This document shows, in pieces, positions 53,807-63,524 of a stretch of 64,000 bases of DNA (position 1 is the stretch's first letter; every line of letters begins with the position of its first letter). The translations under genes were made by a program, and so were the position numbers. Where the stretch lies: the IMG/VR virus record IMGVR_UViG_3300042519_001716; one strand, given 5' to 3'. The notes below the pieces were generated by a model, which saw only the letters and a program-made list of their open reading frames with translations, had not been told where the DNA came from and made no database searches. Source of the DNA: a virus (lineage: Duplodnaviria; Heunggongvirae; Uroviricota; Caudoviricetes).

Positions 53807-55056
53807 GAAAACCATTTTTATTATTTAGAGGGCCAGTAAAAACAAGAAGTGGATATGGTGCACACTCAAGAGATTTGCTAGAAGCGTTACATAAGATGGA
53901 TATGTTTGATATTAAAATAGATAGCTGTTCATGGGGATCAACACCGTTAACCGCGTTGGAGGATGATAACATGTTTCATAAATGGATTGATTCAAATATT
54001 GTAACCAATATAAATGTTCAGCCAGATTTTTATGTGCAAGTGACAGTACCTAACGAATTTCAAACATTAGGTAAAATAAACATAGGAGTAACCGCCGGTA
54101 TTGAAACAACTGTAGCGCCAAAGAATTGGATAGACGGTTGTAACAAGATGGATATGGTTATAACAACATCTGAATTTTCAAAGGATGTTTTATTGTCAAC
54201 TGTTTATAATGAAAATGATAATGTTACTGGTAAACTAATAAAACAATATAGAATTGAAAAACCATTGTTAGTATTGTTTGAGGGTGTTGACACATCTATA
54301 TACAATAACGAGTATACTGGAATCGACCTAGACATAAAAGAAGATTTTGCTTATCTGTTTGTTGGTCATTGGTTGAAAGGAGATACTGGTCAAGACAGAA
54401 AAGATGTGGGGATGTTGATTAGATGTTTTACAGAAGCATTTAAAGATCAAGAAGATCAACCAGCACTTGTTTTAAAGACATCTGCGGCCTCTTTCTCTAT
54501 TAAACAAAGGGAAGAGTTCAGAAAGAAAATTGAAGGCCTTGTTGGTCAAATTGATAACCCACCTTCGATATACCTTTTGTTCGGTGATTTAAGTAACAAA
54601 GAGATGAACGAGCTTTATAATCATCCAAAAATAAAAGCTATGGTTACTCTCACCAAGGGTGAGGGATTTGGTAGACCTCTACTAGAATTTACAATGACAG
54701 GTAAACCCGTTATTGCATCTAATTGGTCTGGGCATAAAGATTTTTTACCAATGGATAAAGCTATTATGATTGGTGGTAAACTTACGGATGTAGATCAAAG
54801 TGCTATTGACGATTTTATTATTAAAGGGTCTAAATGGTTCACAGCAAATTATAATGAAGTTGCAGAGGTTTTAAAATTGGTTAAAATAGATTATGAAAAG
54901 TTTTTATCTAAATCAGAAACATTAAGAATTGAAAACAAAGAAAAGTTTTCTATGGAAAAAATGATGGAAAAGTTTAGATCGTTTATCCCAGATGAGGCCA
55001 AAGAAGAACCAATACAAAAGCAATTAAATTTACCTAAATTAAATAAAATAAAGTAG
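53803..55056 (+). CDS. GT-B glycosyltransferase (GT4-like)
   Basis: TKGEGFGRPLLEFTMTGKPVIASNWSG; ATGA overlap with upstream GT. Confidence 0.5.
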   Translation: MRKPFLLFRGPVKTRSGYGAHSRDLLEALHKMDMFDIKIDSCSWGSTPLTALEDDNMFHKWIDSNIVTNINVQPDFYVQVTVPNEFQTLGKINIGVTAGIETTVAPKNWIDGCNKMDMVITTSEFSKDVLLSTVYNENDNVTGKLIKQYRIEKPLLVLFEGVDTSIYNNEYTGIDLDIKEDFAYLFVGHWLKGDTGQDRKDVGMLIRCFTEAFKDQEDQPALVLKTSAASFSIKQREEFRKKIEGLVGQIDNPPSIYLLFGDLSNKEMNELYNHPKIKAMVTLTKGEGFGRPLLEFTMTGKPVIASNWSGHKDFLPMDKAIMIGGKLTDVDQSAIDDFIIKGSKWFTANYNEVAEVLKLVKIDYEKFLSKSETLRIENKEKFSMEKMMEKFRSFIPDEAKEEPIQKQLNLPKLNKIK

Positions 55057-55057
55057 T

Positions 55058-55336
55058 ATGCCAAAAAGGAAAAGAGAATCAATATTTTTAACTACACCTA
55101 CCCCGCAATCATCTTCTTTCACAATTGCTGACGCAAAGTATATTGATACATGTGAATGGTGTTTTCAATTCGATGATGACCAACCGATAGTATTTGCAAA
55201 AGGGTCAAAAAAAGAGTTTGCATCTGAACCTAAAATAAGTTTTACCTTAACAAATAGAACAGATAGTACCATGACTTTTTTTGATGATAAAACAAAAAAG
55301 AAATTAAAGATCTTCACAAGAGAAAAGGCCATTTAA
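55058..55336 (+). CDS. hypothetical protein
   Basis: ORF track, 92 aa. Confidence 0.4.
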   Translation: MPKRKRESIFLTTPTPQSSSFTIADAKYIDTCEWCFQFDDDQPIVFAKGSKKEFASEPKISFTLTNRTDSTMTFFDDKTKKKLKIFTREKAI

Positions 55337-55337
55337 T

Positions 55338-56183
55338 ATGAAAATTTTAGTAACAGGCGGGGCTGGGTTTATTGGTACTAATTTAATTAAAAGATTGGTA
55401 TCTGAGAAACATGATGTTGTTTCACTGGACAATTATGATAGTGGGTCGGTGTCTAACCATATTGATGGGTGTAACTATCATAGTGGCGATATTGAAAGTA
55501 TATCACTTATGGATAAAGATTTTGATTTAATTTATCATTTGGCTGCGCTTAGTAGAATACAACCATCATTTGAAAATCCATCAGAGTTCTTTAGAGTAAA
55601 TGTAATTGGTACTGAGGCTGTATGTGAGTGGGCTAGAAAATTGAATATAAGAGTTGTATACAGTGGGTCATCTTCAAGATGGCACGACCCGTTTCAATCA
55701 CCTTATGCTATGTATAAGAAGTTAGGTGAGGATGTGTGTAAGATGTATAAGAAAGTATTTGGTAGTAAAATTGAAATTACTCGCTTCTACAATGTTTATG
55801 GGCCCAATGAAATAACTGAAGGCAAATGGGCAGCAGTCATTGGTTTATGGAGAGGTCAGGTTAAAAAAAATCACCCTATTACAATTGTGGGTGATGGTAA
55901 ACAACGTAGAGATTTTACACACGTTGATGATATTGTTGATGGGTTAATTAGGATAGGTTTTTCAAATGAAGAACATGAGGATGCGTGGGAATTGGGTACT
56001 GGTTTTAATTATTCCTTAAATGAAGTGGCCTATATGTTTGAACAAAGGTTTAATGCAGTAAAAGTATATATGGCTGAGCAAAAAGGGAATTATAGAGAGA
56101 CTAAACGTGAAAACAACGACGCGTTAAATAGACTAGGATGGTCACCTAAAGACAGACTTAAAAATTATATAGATACTTTATGA
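55338..56183 (+). CDS. NAD-dependent sugar epimerase/dehydratase (extended SDR)
   Basis: MKILVTGGAGFIGTNL Rossmann motif and YAMYKK catalytic YxxxK. Confidence 0.75.
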   Translation: MKILVTGGAGFIGTNLIKRLVSEKHDVVSLDNYDSGSVSNHIDGCNYHSGDIESISLMDKDFDLIYHLAALSRIQPSFENPSEFFRVNVIGTEAVCEWARKLNIRVVYSGSSSRWHDPFQSPYAMYKKLGEDVCKMYKKVFGSKIEITRFYNVYGPNEITEGKWAAVIGLWRGQVKKNHPITIVGDGKQRRDFTHVDDIVDGLIRIGFSNEEHEDAWELGTGFNYSLNEVAYMFEQRFNAVKVYMAEQKGNYRETKRENNDALNRLGWSPKDRLKNYIDTL

Positions 56184-56800
56184 AAATAAGCTTCGCCATT
56201 ACAGTATGTAATGAACTAGAGGAGATAAAAAGATTAGTTCCATTTATACTTGAGCACAAAGGAATTCAGGATGAAATTGTTATTTTATTTGACGATAAAA
56301 ATGGTAACAAAGAGGTACTAGATTTTCTTTTACCTTTTAATATTAAACCCAACGTACAAGTATGGAGAGGTTTAGATTGGGATAACAACTTTGCCGATTG
56401 GAAGAATAAGTTAAACGAGTATTGTACAGGAGATTATATATTTCAGTTAGATGCTGATGAAATGGTTACTGAGTTTTTAATTAAAAATGTAAGTCAAGTA
56501 ATTCAAGAAAATAATGAGGTTGATCTTTTTTATCTAGCAAGGGTTAATACTGTTGATGGTATAACCATGGAACATATTAATAAGTGGAGATGGAATTTGG
56601 ATAAAGAAGGTAGAATTAATTTTCCAGATTATCAAGGTAGGATCTATAAGTCTAATCTTAAATGGGAGGGTAAAGTTCATGAAAAAATAACAGGAGTCAA
56701 ATATTATGCAGTACTACCGTTAGAGGAAGAATATTGTTTGATACATCATAAATCAATTAATAAACAAGAGAGTCAAAACAATTATTATAACACAATTTAA
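56180..56800 (+). CDS. family 2 glycosyltransferase-like protein
   Basis: ISFAITVCNE N-terminus and FQLDADE DxD motif. Confidence 0.5.
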   Translation: MKISFAITVCNELEEIKRLVPFILEHKGIQDEIVILFDDKNGNKEVLDFLLPFNIKPNVQVWRGLDWDNNFADWKNKLNEYCTGDYIFQLDADEMVTEFLIKNVSQVIQENNEVDLFYLARVNTVDGITMEHINKWRWNLDKEGRINFPDYQGRIYKSNLKWEGKVHEKITGVKYYAVLPLEEEYCLIHHKSINKQESQNNYYNTI

Positions 56801-56804
56801 TCAA

Positions 56805-57350
56805 ATGGAAGTATTGGAAAATATCTACAATAAAAGATGTGAAATACCATCAGACATTAATGAACATTTACCAACATTAAAAAAATATGCTGAAGAGTGT
56901 GATCATATAACCGAAATGGGGGTTAGATGGGTAGTGTCTACTTTCGCGTTTATGATGGGTAAACCTAAAAAATTAATATCAATCGATATTAACCCAGTTG
57001 AAAAACATGGTATCCAAACAATAGATTTAATATCATTAGCTAAAACCGCTGGTGTTGAATTTGAATTTGTTTTAGGTGACACAACAGAAATAGAAATTGA
57101 AGAAACAGATTTTTTATTTATAGATACCCTACACACATATACTCAACTAAAAAAAGAGTTAGCTTTGCATCCAAGTAAAGTTAAAAAATACATTGGCTTT
57201 CATGATACCACAACATTTGCTCAAGTGGGTGAATATAAAGAAGTGGGGTTGTGGCCAGCAATAGAGGAGTTTCTAAGTAGTAATCCTGAATGGGTTATTG
57301 CTGAAAAATTTGAAAACAATAATGGTTTAACAATTTTAAAAAAAATATAA
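56805..57350 (+). CDS. class I SAM-dependent methyltransferase-like (Methyltransf_24-type)
   Basis: ITEMGVRWVVST and FLFIDTLHTY blocks resemble O-methyltransferase family 24. Confidence 0.4.
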   Translation: MEVLENIYNKRCEIPSDINEHLPTLKKYAEECDHITEMGVRWVVSTFAFMMGKPKKLISIDINPVEKHGIQTIDLISLAKTAGVEFEFVLGDTTEIEIEETDFLFIDTLHTYTQLKKELALHPSKVKKYIGFHDTTTFAQVGEYKEVGLWPAIEEFLSSNPEWVIAEKFENNNGLTILKKI

Positions 57351-58106
57351 ATGAACAAACTAATATTAGCAACCGGTAGCAATCTAAACTACCTACACAA
57401 GATGACAGGTTATTTGAAGTCTATTGAAGAGAACTCGAATTTCGATTCAAATTATTTAATCTTCTTAGGTGATGATGAAATGAAGATGAAGTATCAAAAA
57501 ATAACAATAGCAAATGTTTATGAAAAAGATTTGGAAGTTGTACCATCAAACTATTGTATACAACATGGTGAGTTTTTAAAGTCAAAGTTATTCAATGAAT
57601 CAACAAATGATGATGATGTTATTTTCTTTACTGATGGCGACATTAAAATACAAAGACCTTTGAGTGAGGATGAAATAAAACAATTTAAAAACTTTAAAGA
57701 TGATGATGTATATGTGGGTTATAACGAATCACCAACAGACACTTTATATAACGAATCTTTAAGGTTAGGTATAATCAATAGTGAATCAGATTTATTAAAG
57801 TATGATCTAAAGAAGATTAAGGTTTATAATACCGGTGTACTAGCAATGAATAAGAAAACATGGTTAAAATTAATGAATCAATTCATTGAGTTGTATCCGT
57901 TAGTTAATAATACTTTTCACCACTATGCTAAACAACAATGGTTATTATCGCTATTGATAAACACCAAGGGCTACAATGTTTATGAGATGCCGTATGATAT
58001 TCATAATCATCTACATTACCCTAGCCCCGCTGGCACACAACGAGATAATAACGGAACAGTATATTATAATAATAAAAAGGTTTTATTTAAACACAAATGG
58101 GATTAA
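57351..58106 (+). CDS. putative nucleotide-diphospho-sugar transferase
   Basis: LILATGSNLNY N-terminus and FFTDGDIKI DxD-like motif; weak. Confidence 0.3.
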   Translation: MNKLILATGSNLNYLHKMTGYLKSIEENSNFDSNYLIFLGDDEMKMKYQKITIANVYEKDLEVVPSNYCIQHGEFLKSKLFNESTNDDDVIFFTDGDIKIQRPLSEDEIKQFKNFKDDDVYVGYNESPTDTLYNESLRLGIINSESDLLKYDLKKIKVYNTGVLAMNKKTWLKLMNQFIELYPLVNNTFHHYAKQQWLLSLLINTKGYNVYEMPYDIHNHLHYPSPAGTQRDNNGTVYYNNKKVLFKHKWD

Positions 58107-58107
58107 A

Positions 58108-58764
58108 ATGGAAAAAGAAATTAAATTAATTAGGTCATTAGAAATTGACAAAATAACTGAAAAAGAATTAGAGGACTTCTTACCTAAATTAGGAATGAAT
58201 GATGAGTGCCTAAGGGAAATGCCTGAAGAGTTATCAGAATACTATGGTAAAGGTCTTAAGTTTTGGCAATATCCAAATCAATTTAGTAAGTATCTTAAAC
58301 AACTTTCTAAATATGAAATTAACTCTTACTTAGAAATTGGTTGTAGATGGGGTGGAACATTCATTATCACAAATGAAATATTAAAATTAAAAAATCAAGA
58401 TGTTAAATCATATGCATGTGATTTGATACCGATATGTGGTGTGCTAACTGAATATAAAAATTATTCTGACTTCACATATGTTCACGAATCAAGTTTTGGT
58501 TTAACTAAGAGTCACGTGGGTGATCAGATTGATTTGATTTTAATCGACGCCGAACATTCATACGATGCAGTTAAAAAAGACTTAGAGGTTGCTAAACAAT
58601 TCAATCCAAAGTATGTTGTATTCCATGACATAACTAACGATGTGTGTAGGGGCGTAAATCAATTTTGGGAAGAAATAAAAAACGACTATAAACATCATGA
58701 GTTCATTGAACAATATGATAGTGTTGTTGGTACATACTTAGGAATCGGATTAATCGAATTATAA
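58108..58764 (+). CDS. class I SAM-dependent methyltransferase (Methyltransf_24-like); start moved to ATG after upstream stop
   Basis: YLEIGCRWGGTF and LILIDAEHSYDAVKKDLE blocks; track ORF starts inside upstream gene. Confidence 0.5.
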   Translation: MEKEIKLIRSLEIDKITEKELEDFLPKLGMNDECLREMPEELSEYYGKGLKFWQYPNQFSKYLKQLSKYEINSYLEIGCRWGGTFIITNEILKLKNQDVKSYACDLIPICGVLTEYKNYSDFTYVHESSFGLTKSHVGDQIDLILIDAEHSYDAVKKDLEVAKQFNPKYVVFHDITNDVCRGVNQFWEEIKNDYKHHEFIEQYDSVVGTYLGIGLIEL

Positions 58765-58765
58765 T

Positions 58766-59851
58766 ATGTATGATTATTTAATTGTTGGGGCGGGATTTTA
58801 CGGATCTATATGTGCGCATGAGTTAACCAAAGCTGGTAAAAAGGTTTTAGTTATTGACAATAGAGAACATATAGGTGGTAACTGTTACACAAAAAATAGA
58901 GACGGAATTAATGTACACGAATATGGTGCACATATATTTCATACATCAAATGAAGAAGTATGGAAATGGATTAATCAATTTGTGACGTTTAACAATTATG
59001 TTAATTCACCTGTTGCATATTATCGTGGTAAATTATATTCTTTACCGTTTAATATGTGGACATTCAATCAACTGTGGGGAATTACAACACCTGATGAAGC
59101 TAAACAAAAAATAGAAGAGCAATCTGGTGGTATTAGTGAGCCTAAAAACTTAGAAGAACAAGCGATTAAGTTAGTGGGTAAAGATGTTTATGAAAAATTA
59201 ATTAAGGGGTATACAGAAAAGCAATGGAGAAAGCCATGTGATCAACTACCTAAGGAAATTATTAAACGATTACCAGTTAGATTTACATATAACAACAACT
59301 ACTTTAATGACAAATATCAAGGTATTCCTATTGGTGGTTACACACAGGTGTTTGAAAAACTATTAGATGGTGTTGATGTTAAATTAAATTGTGATTATTT
59401 CAAGGATGAATTACCAGAACATGATAAGGTTATATATACCGGGCCAATTGATATGTTCTTTGATTACAAATATGGTGAACTAGAATATAAAACAACAAAA
59501 TTCGACCATATTCATTTTACTGATAAATCAAACTATCAAGGTAATGCTGTTGTTAATTTTACCGATAAAGAAATACCATATATAAGAATAATAGAACATA
59601 AACACTTTGAATTTGCTGACACACCAACGACCTGGATTACAATTGAATATCCAACAGAATATAAGGCCGGTGTAACTGAACCTTATTATCCGGTAAATGA
59701 TGTTGAGAATAATAAAAAATATCAGCAATATAAATTAGAATCAGATAAGTTTGAAAATATACATTTTGGTGGTAGATTAGCAGAATACAAATACTATGAT
59801 ATGCATCAGGTAATTGAGTCGGCATTAAATTATATAAAAAAAGAGATATGA
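58766..59851 (+). CDS. glf: UDP-galactopyranose mutase
   Basis: YDYLIVGAGFYGSICAHEL..KKVLVIDNREHIGGNCYT FAD-binding N-terminus characteristic of Glf; 361 aa. Confidence 0.8.
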   Translation: MYDYLIVGAGFYGSICAHELTKAGKKVLVIDNREHIGGNCYTKNRDGINVHEYGAHIFHTSNEEVWKWINQFVTFNNYVNSPVAYYRGKLYSLPFNMWTFNQLWGITTPDEAKQKIEEQSGGISEPKNLEEQAIKLVGKDVYEKLIKGYTEKQWRKPCDQLPKEIIKRLPVRFTYNNNYFNDKYQGIPIGGYTQVFEKLLDGVDVKLNCDYFKDELPEHDKVIYTGPIDMFFDYKYGELEYKTTKFDHIHFTDKSNYQGNAVVNFTDKEIPYIRIIEHKHFEFADTPTTWITIEYPTEYKAGVTEPYYPVNDVENNKKYQQYKLESDKFENIHFGGRLAEYKYYDMHQVIESALNYIKKEI

Positions 59852-60954
59852 ATATAACATTTGTTTTAGCCGTTTATAATAAATTAGATTTAACAAAGGA
59901 ATGTTATAAACGTCTTCGTGATGTTTACCCAACAGCACCTTTAGTGATTAGTAGTGGTGGGTCAAGTGATGGAACAAAAGAATGGTTGGCGTCATTAGAA
60001 GATGATAATTTATCTTATCTACATGATGATGAAAGGTTAACATTCTCTGACACATATAACACCGGAATTAAATTAGTTGATACCGAGAAACTCGTTTTAA
60101 TACATAACGATATGGTTATTGGTGAAGGATTCCTAGAAGCCATAGAAAGATTATTAGAACCAAATATGTTGTTGTCATATACAACTATTGAACCACCAAT
60201 ATTCAGAGGTCACCAGAGACCAGGTAAAGTATTATTGGATCTTGGTAGTGGGTTTGATAATTTTGACGATTTTAATTTTAATAGCTATGTTAAACAATGG
60301 AATCAAAACGATAAATTATATGATGGCGCGGTATTTTTTATGTCTGGATATAAAAAGATGTTTGAAGATGTTGGTTTCTTTGATGGTTTTAGTTTTTTTC
60401 CGTGCTTCTGTGAAGATGATGATTTTTTAATCAGAGCAAAATTAAAAGGTTATAACTTAAAGACTTGTGAATCAGCCATAACATATCATTTTGTTTCTCA
60501 AACATCTAGATTCGGTGATGATTTCAAAAAAGATAGAGGATTGTATGAGGTTTGTTCAATTAGAAACTTTGTTAGAAAATGGGGAATACCATACACAGCG
60601 TTTAATGAAATGAGATATTGGGAGGAAAAGGATTTTAAATACAAAACCTTTAATATGGGGTTAACAACCAGGAGCAGATCTTATTTAATGAGATTGGAAC
60701 CATTCTTCGATAAAATCAATTTAGGAGCCATTCCTGAGGACTATATAGAGAATGAACAGAAGAATACCAAATATGATTTAAGATCAAAATTTACCCTTAC
60801 AGAAGACGTTGATGTGATGATTTATGAAACTAACCCATTTGATGAAGAGGATCTAGAAACACTTAAGAAATTAAGGCTCTCAATTCCTTATTATGAACCA
60901 GGGGAATACCAAATAGGTAATATGTTGATAGAAATAAAAAAGGAGCTTAATTAG
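59848..60954 (+). CDS. family 2 glycosyltransferase
   Basis: ITFVLAVYNK N-terminus typical of GT-A; ATGA overlap with glf. Confidence 0.5.
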   Translation: MNITFVLAVYNKLDLTKECYKRLRDVYPTAPLVISSGGSSDGTKEWLASLEDDNLSYLHDDERLTFSDTYNTGIKLVDTEKLVLIHNDMVIGEGFLEAIERLLEPNMLLSYTTIEPPIFRGHQRPGKVLLDLGSGFDNFDDFNFNSYVKQWNQNDKLYDGAVFFMSGYKKMFEDVGFFDGFSFFPCFCEDDDFLIRAKLKGYNLKTCESAITYHFVSQTSRFGDDFKKDRGLYEVCSIRNFVRKWGIPYTAFNEMRYWEEKDFKYKTFNMGLTTRSRSYLMRLEPFFDKINLGAIPEDYIENEQKNTKYDLRSKFTLTEDVDVMIYETNPFDEEDLETLKKLRLSIPYYEPGEYQIGNMLIEIKKELN

Positions 60955-60968
60955 CTCCTTCTTTTTTA
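60935..60968. terminator. bidirectional Rho-independent terminator (AAAAAAGGAGCT-TAAT-TAGCTCC-TTCTTTTTT)
   Basis: at the convergence of the + strand glycan operon and the - strand operon. Confidence 0.6.
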
Positions 60969-61426
60969 ACTTCCTTTTTGATCAGTTTAAATAGTACCTG
61001 ATACTTGTCTTTCGTTTTACCCGCATCCTTTAAATCTTCTTTGGTAATTTCAGGATATTCAATTTCAATTTCTTGATTTAAAAGCACACCATATTCATTA
61101 TCAAATTCAATGTATTGAGGGTTAATAACTTTACCAGTTACGTTACCTTCATCATCCTTAACTTCATTGTACATTTTTACTAAGACACCACCATTACCAT
61201 CTTCTTCTCCATACTTTTTGATTAATTCATCTCTTAATGTCTCAACCTTAGTTCTCTCACTTTTAAGTTCCGTTGAAAAGTCACTCAATTCGTATTTCAA
61301 AATGATTGAAAGGTTTTGTTTACTGAACCCCTCAAACACTTGTTCTCCGGTTTGTGGTTCGATATACCCGTTAATTTCGCTTTCTAATTGTAAAACATCT
61401 CCTAGTTTTAAAGTAATTTTGTCCAT
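60947..61426 (-). CDS. hypothetical protein
   Basis: ORF track, 159 aa, K/E-rich. Confidence 0.45.
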   Translation of the reverse strand: MDKITLKLGDVLQLESEINGYIEPQTGEQVFEGFSKQNLSIILKYELSDFSTELKSERTKVETLRDELIKKYGEEDGNGGVLVKMYNEVKDDEGNVTGKVINPQYIEFDNEYGVLLNQEIEIEYPEITKEDLKDAGKTKDKYQVLFKLIKKEVKKEGAN

Positions 61427-61478
61427 AAATTTTTATTTTTCTTTTATAATATATATTTTATTTTTAAAAAAGTCAACC

Positions 61479-62486
61479 CTACAGAACTGTAAATATTGCA
61501 TAAGTTATCATCATTGATATCCAAATTATTAATGCTTTTAGATATGTTAGAAACCCAGTATGAAAATACCTTTGGCCAATAGGTAAGCACTTATGTGATG
61601 GTGAAATAAGGTATGCTGAATATTCTAAGGTAAAGAATAAAACAAAATAATGCATCCCAAATACACTCGTTAATAAACTAACAATTCCAGCATATTTTGC
61701 TGAAGAACCTAATAGAAATGAGGCTAAAAACCCTAACACAGAGACAATCAATATGTTAGATGGTGCGTTGTATTGTTTTATTATTGCTTCTATCTGTGTA
61801 TAATAAGATCCAACAAGGTTACCAAGAATAATAACAAAAGCAACAATCCATATTAGTTCCCAGTCGATATAGCCCAATATTTTACTCCAACTTTTAGAGT
61901 AATATACTAACCATATTGTGAATCCTGTGAAGAAACCAAAATAGTATTCAGTAAAAAACACACACATTAATATGGTTACTAAAAATGGTATAACCACCAT
62001 CGTTATGTTTTGCATATTAATTGGTTCATCTTTAACTTCGATATCTATTTCATCATCTTTTAATGATAAGATATAATAAGTAATATATAACGCTGAGATT
62101 AAAAGCAATGGCCAGATATATGACATGAATTGCATATAGGTTAAACTTAACACAGCCATTGGAATAATAACAGTTTTCTCTAAAGGTGACCATAGATAAT
62201 AGTGATGTGTTGCTAGATAGTCGATGATGCCAAACTTCTTACGTTTCTTATTATCAACCGGTGCAATACTATTCAACATAGACGCCGATAACGCAACGCG
62301 ACCAGGGATCGGTAAGATCCCACCAAATAGTGATACTAAGAATACCACCATTCTCTTTGACTTAACTTTTTGTTCAAGTAGTCTGAAGATGTCCATAAGG
62401 TATCCTCTTTCTTTGAGGATACCTGTTACGAACATAATGAATATTAAATAGACAAGGAATACTTGACCGTTGATTAGAATCTCCAT
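61479..62486 (-). CDS. polytopic inner-membrane protein (~9-10 TM; transporter or glycan polymerase/flippase-like)
   Basis: hydrophobic helices throughout 335 aa. Confidence 0.4.
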   Translation of the reverse strand: MEILINGQVFLVYLIFIMFVTGILKERGYLMDIFRLLEQKVKSKRMVVFLVSLFGGILPIPGRVALSASMLNSIAPVDNKKRKKFGIIDYLATHHYYLWSPLEKTVIIPMAVLSLTYMQFMSYIWPLLLISALYITYYILSLKDDEIDIEVKDEPINMQNITMVVIPFLVTILMCVFFTEYYFGFFTGFTIWLVYYSKSWSKILGYIDWELIWIVAFVIILGNLVGSYYTQIEAIIKQYNAPSNILIVSVLGFLASFLLGSSAKYAGIVSLLTSVFGMHYFVLFFTLEYSAYLISPSHKCLPIGQRYFHTGFLTYLKALIIWISMMITYAIFTVL

Positions 62487-63358
62487 GCGAATATAATTGT
62501 GGTTCTTGATTGTTTTGCGTCTTGATTTAAACCTGGCATATGCTCAATGTTTAAATAACCCTTATTGTTGAAACGATATTGTACAAGTGGTCCAATATAC
62601 CATTCTTTAGATCCACCTTCGAAGTCATTATATCTAAACATATGTGACACACCTAATGTTAAATCATTATTGATTATGTTTCCATATGATGCGGTATATG
62701 CGTATTCTCTTTCTTGTTCTTCTTTGGTTCCAGCTAAGTTACCCTCGTAAATTGCATTAAACCCCCAAATACCATTCTTACCAATTCTATCACCTAATAA
62801 TAATTTTGGTTCAATACCCCAACGACCATCTAACATTTTGGTTTCGAAGTATAGTGTTGGGTTACCCCACACTTTACCCCAGTCGGCAAGAGCATAACGA
62901 AACTCCCAAGAGAATCCTCTCCATTTGAATTCCTTGTCACCATCTTCACCGTCATAAACTGTGTGAGAATAAAGATCTAATTGAAGTCTGTTACCTAAAC
63001 CGAATGTGAATTCATCTCTCATTCTAATTTGTGCCGGTCCGTTTCTTCTTTGTCTGATGTCAAACCACTTCTCGTACATTGCGGTACCTGGTGGGTTCAT
63101 CACATAAACTCTAGTGGATGCAAACATTCTCATTGTTGTCCAAAGTGGTTGACCATAAGGACCTACCTTGGTCATTAAAGGTACCTTCTTTGCTGTAACA
63201 ACAATTTCTTGTAATTGATTAGGGACTGTGTCCGTTTGAACTTTTAAGGATTGTTCTGAACCTTTCTGAATTGCACTACTACTGTATTGTCCAAATGACA
63301 TAGTGGTAGTAAACAATAGTGCTAACATTAGCGATAGCATTGTGATTGTTTTTCTCAT
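62474..63358 (-). CDS. outer-membrane beta-barrel protein with signal peptide and TonB-box-like QEIVVTA segment (start set to internal Met)
   Basis: MRKTITMLSLMLALLFTTTMSFGQ signal; C-terminal TTIIFAWRF aromatic terminal strand. Confidence 0.45.
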   Translation of the reverse strand: MRKTITMLSLMLALLFTTTMSFGQYSSSAIQKGSEQSLKVQTDTVPNQLQEIVVTAKKVPLMTKVGPYGQPLWTTMRMFASTRVYVMNPPGTAMYEKWFDIRQRRNGPAQIRMRDEFTFGLGNRLQLDLYSHTVYDGEDGDKEFKWRGFSWEFRYALADWGKVWGNPTLYFETKMLDGRWGIEPKLLLGDRIGKNGIWGFNAIYEGNLAGTKEEQEREYAYTASYGNIINNDLTLGVSHMFRYNDFEGGSKEWYIGPLVQYRFNNKGYLNIEHMPGLNQDAKQSRTTIIFAWRF

Positions 63359-63390
63359 TTTGTTTTTGTTTAAGAAAAGTTTATAAAATT

Positions 63391-63481
63391 GCGGGGAGGA
63401 AGAGATTCGGACTCTCGATTGAATGTTAAGTCCAATAGCAGCTTCGGAGGCTGTCGGTTTAAACCACTCACCCACCTCCCC
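63391..63481 (-). promoter_or_regulatory. structured 5' leader candidate (outer GGGGAGG/CCTCCCC stem enclosing two or three internal hairpins)
   Basis: GCGGGGAGG at 63391-63399 pairs with CCTCCCC at 63475-63481; inner GAGA/TCTC, CAGC/GCTG and GGTTTAAACC elements. Confidence 0.4.
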
Positions 63482-63524
63482 TTAAATTTATTATTAATAT
63501 AAACAAAAAATATCTGATAATCAA

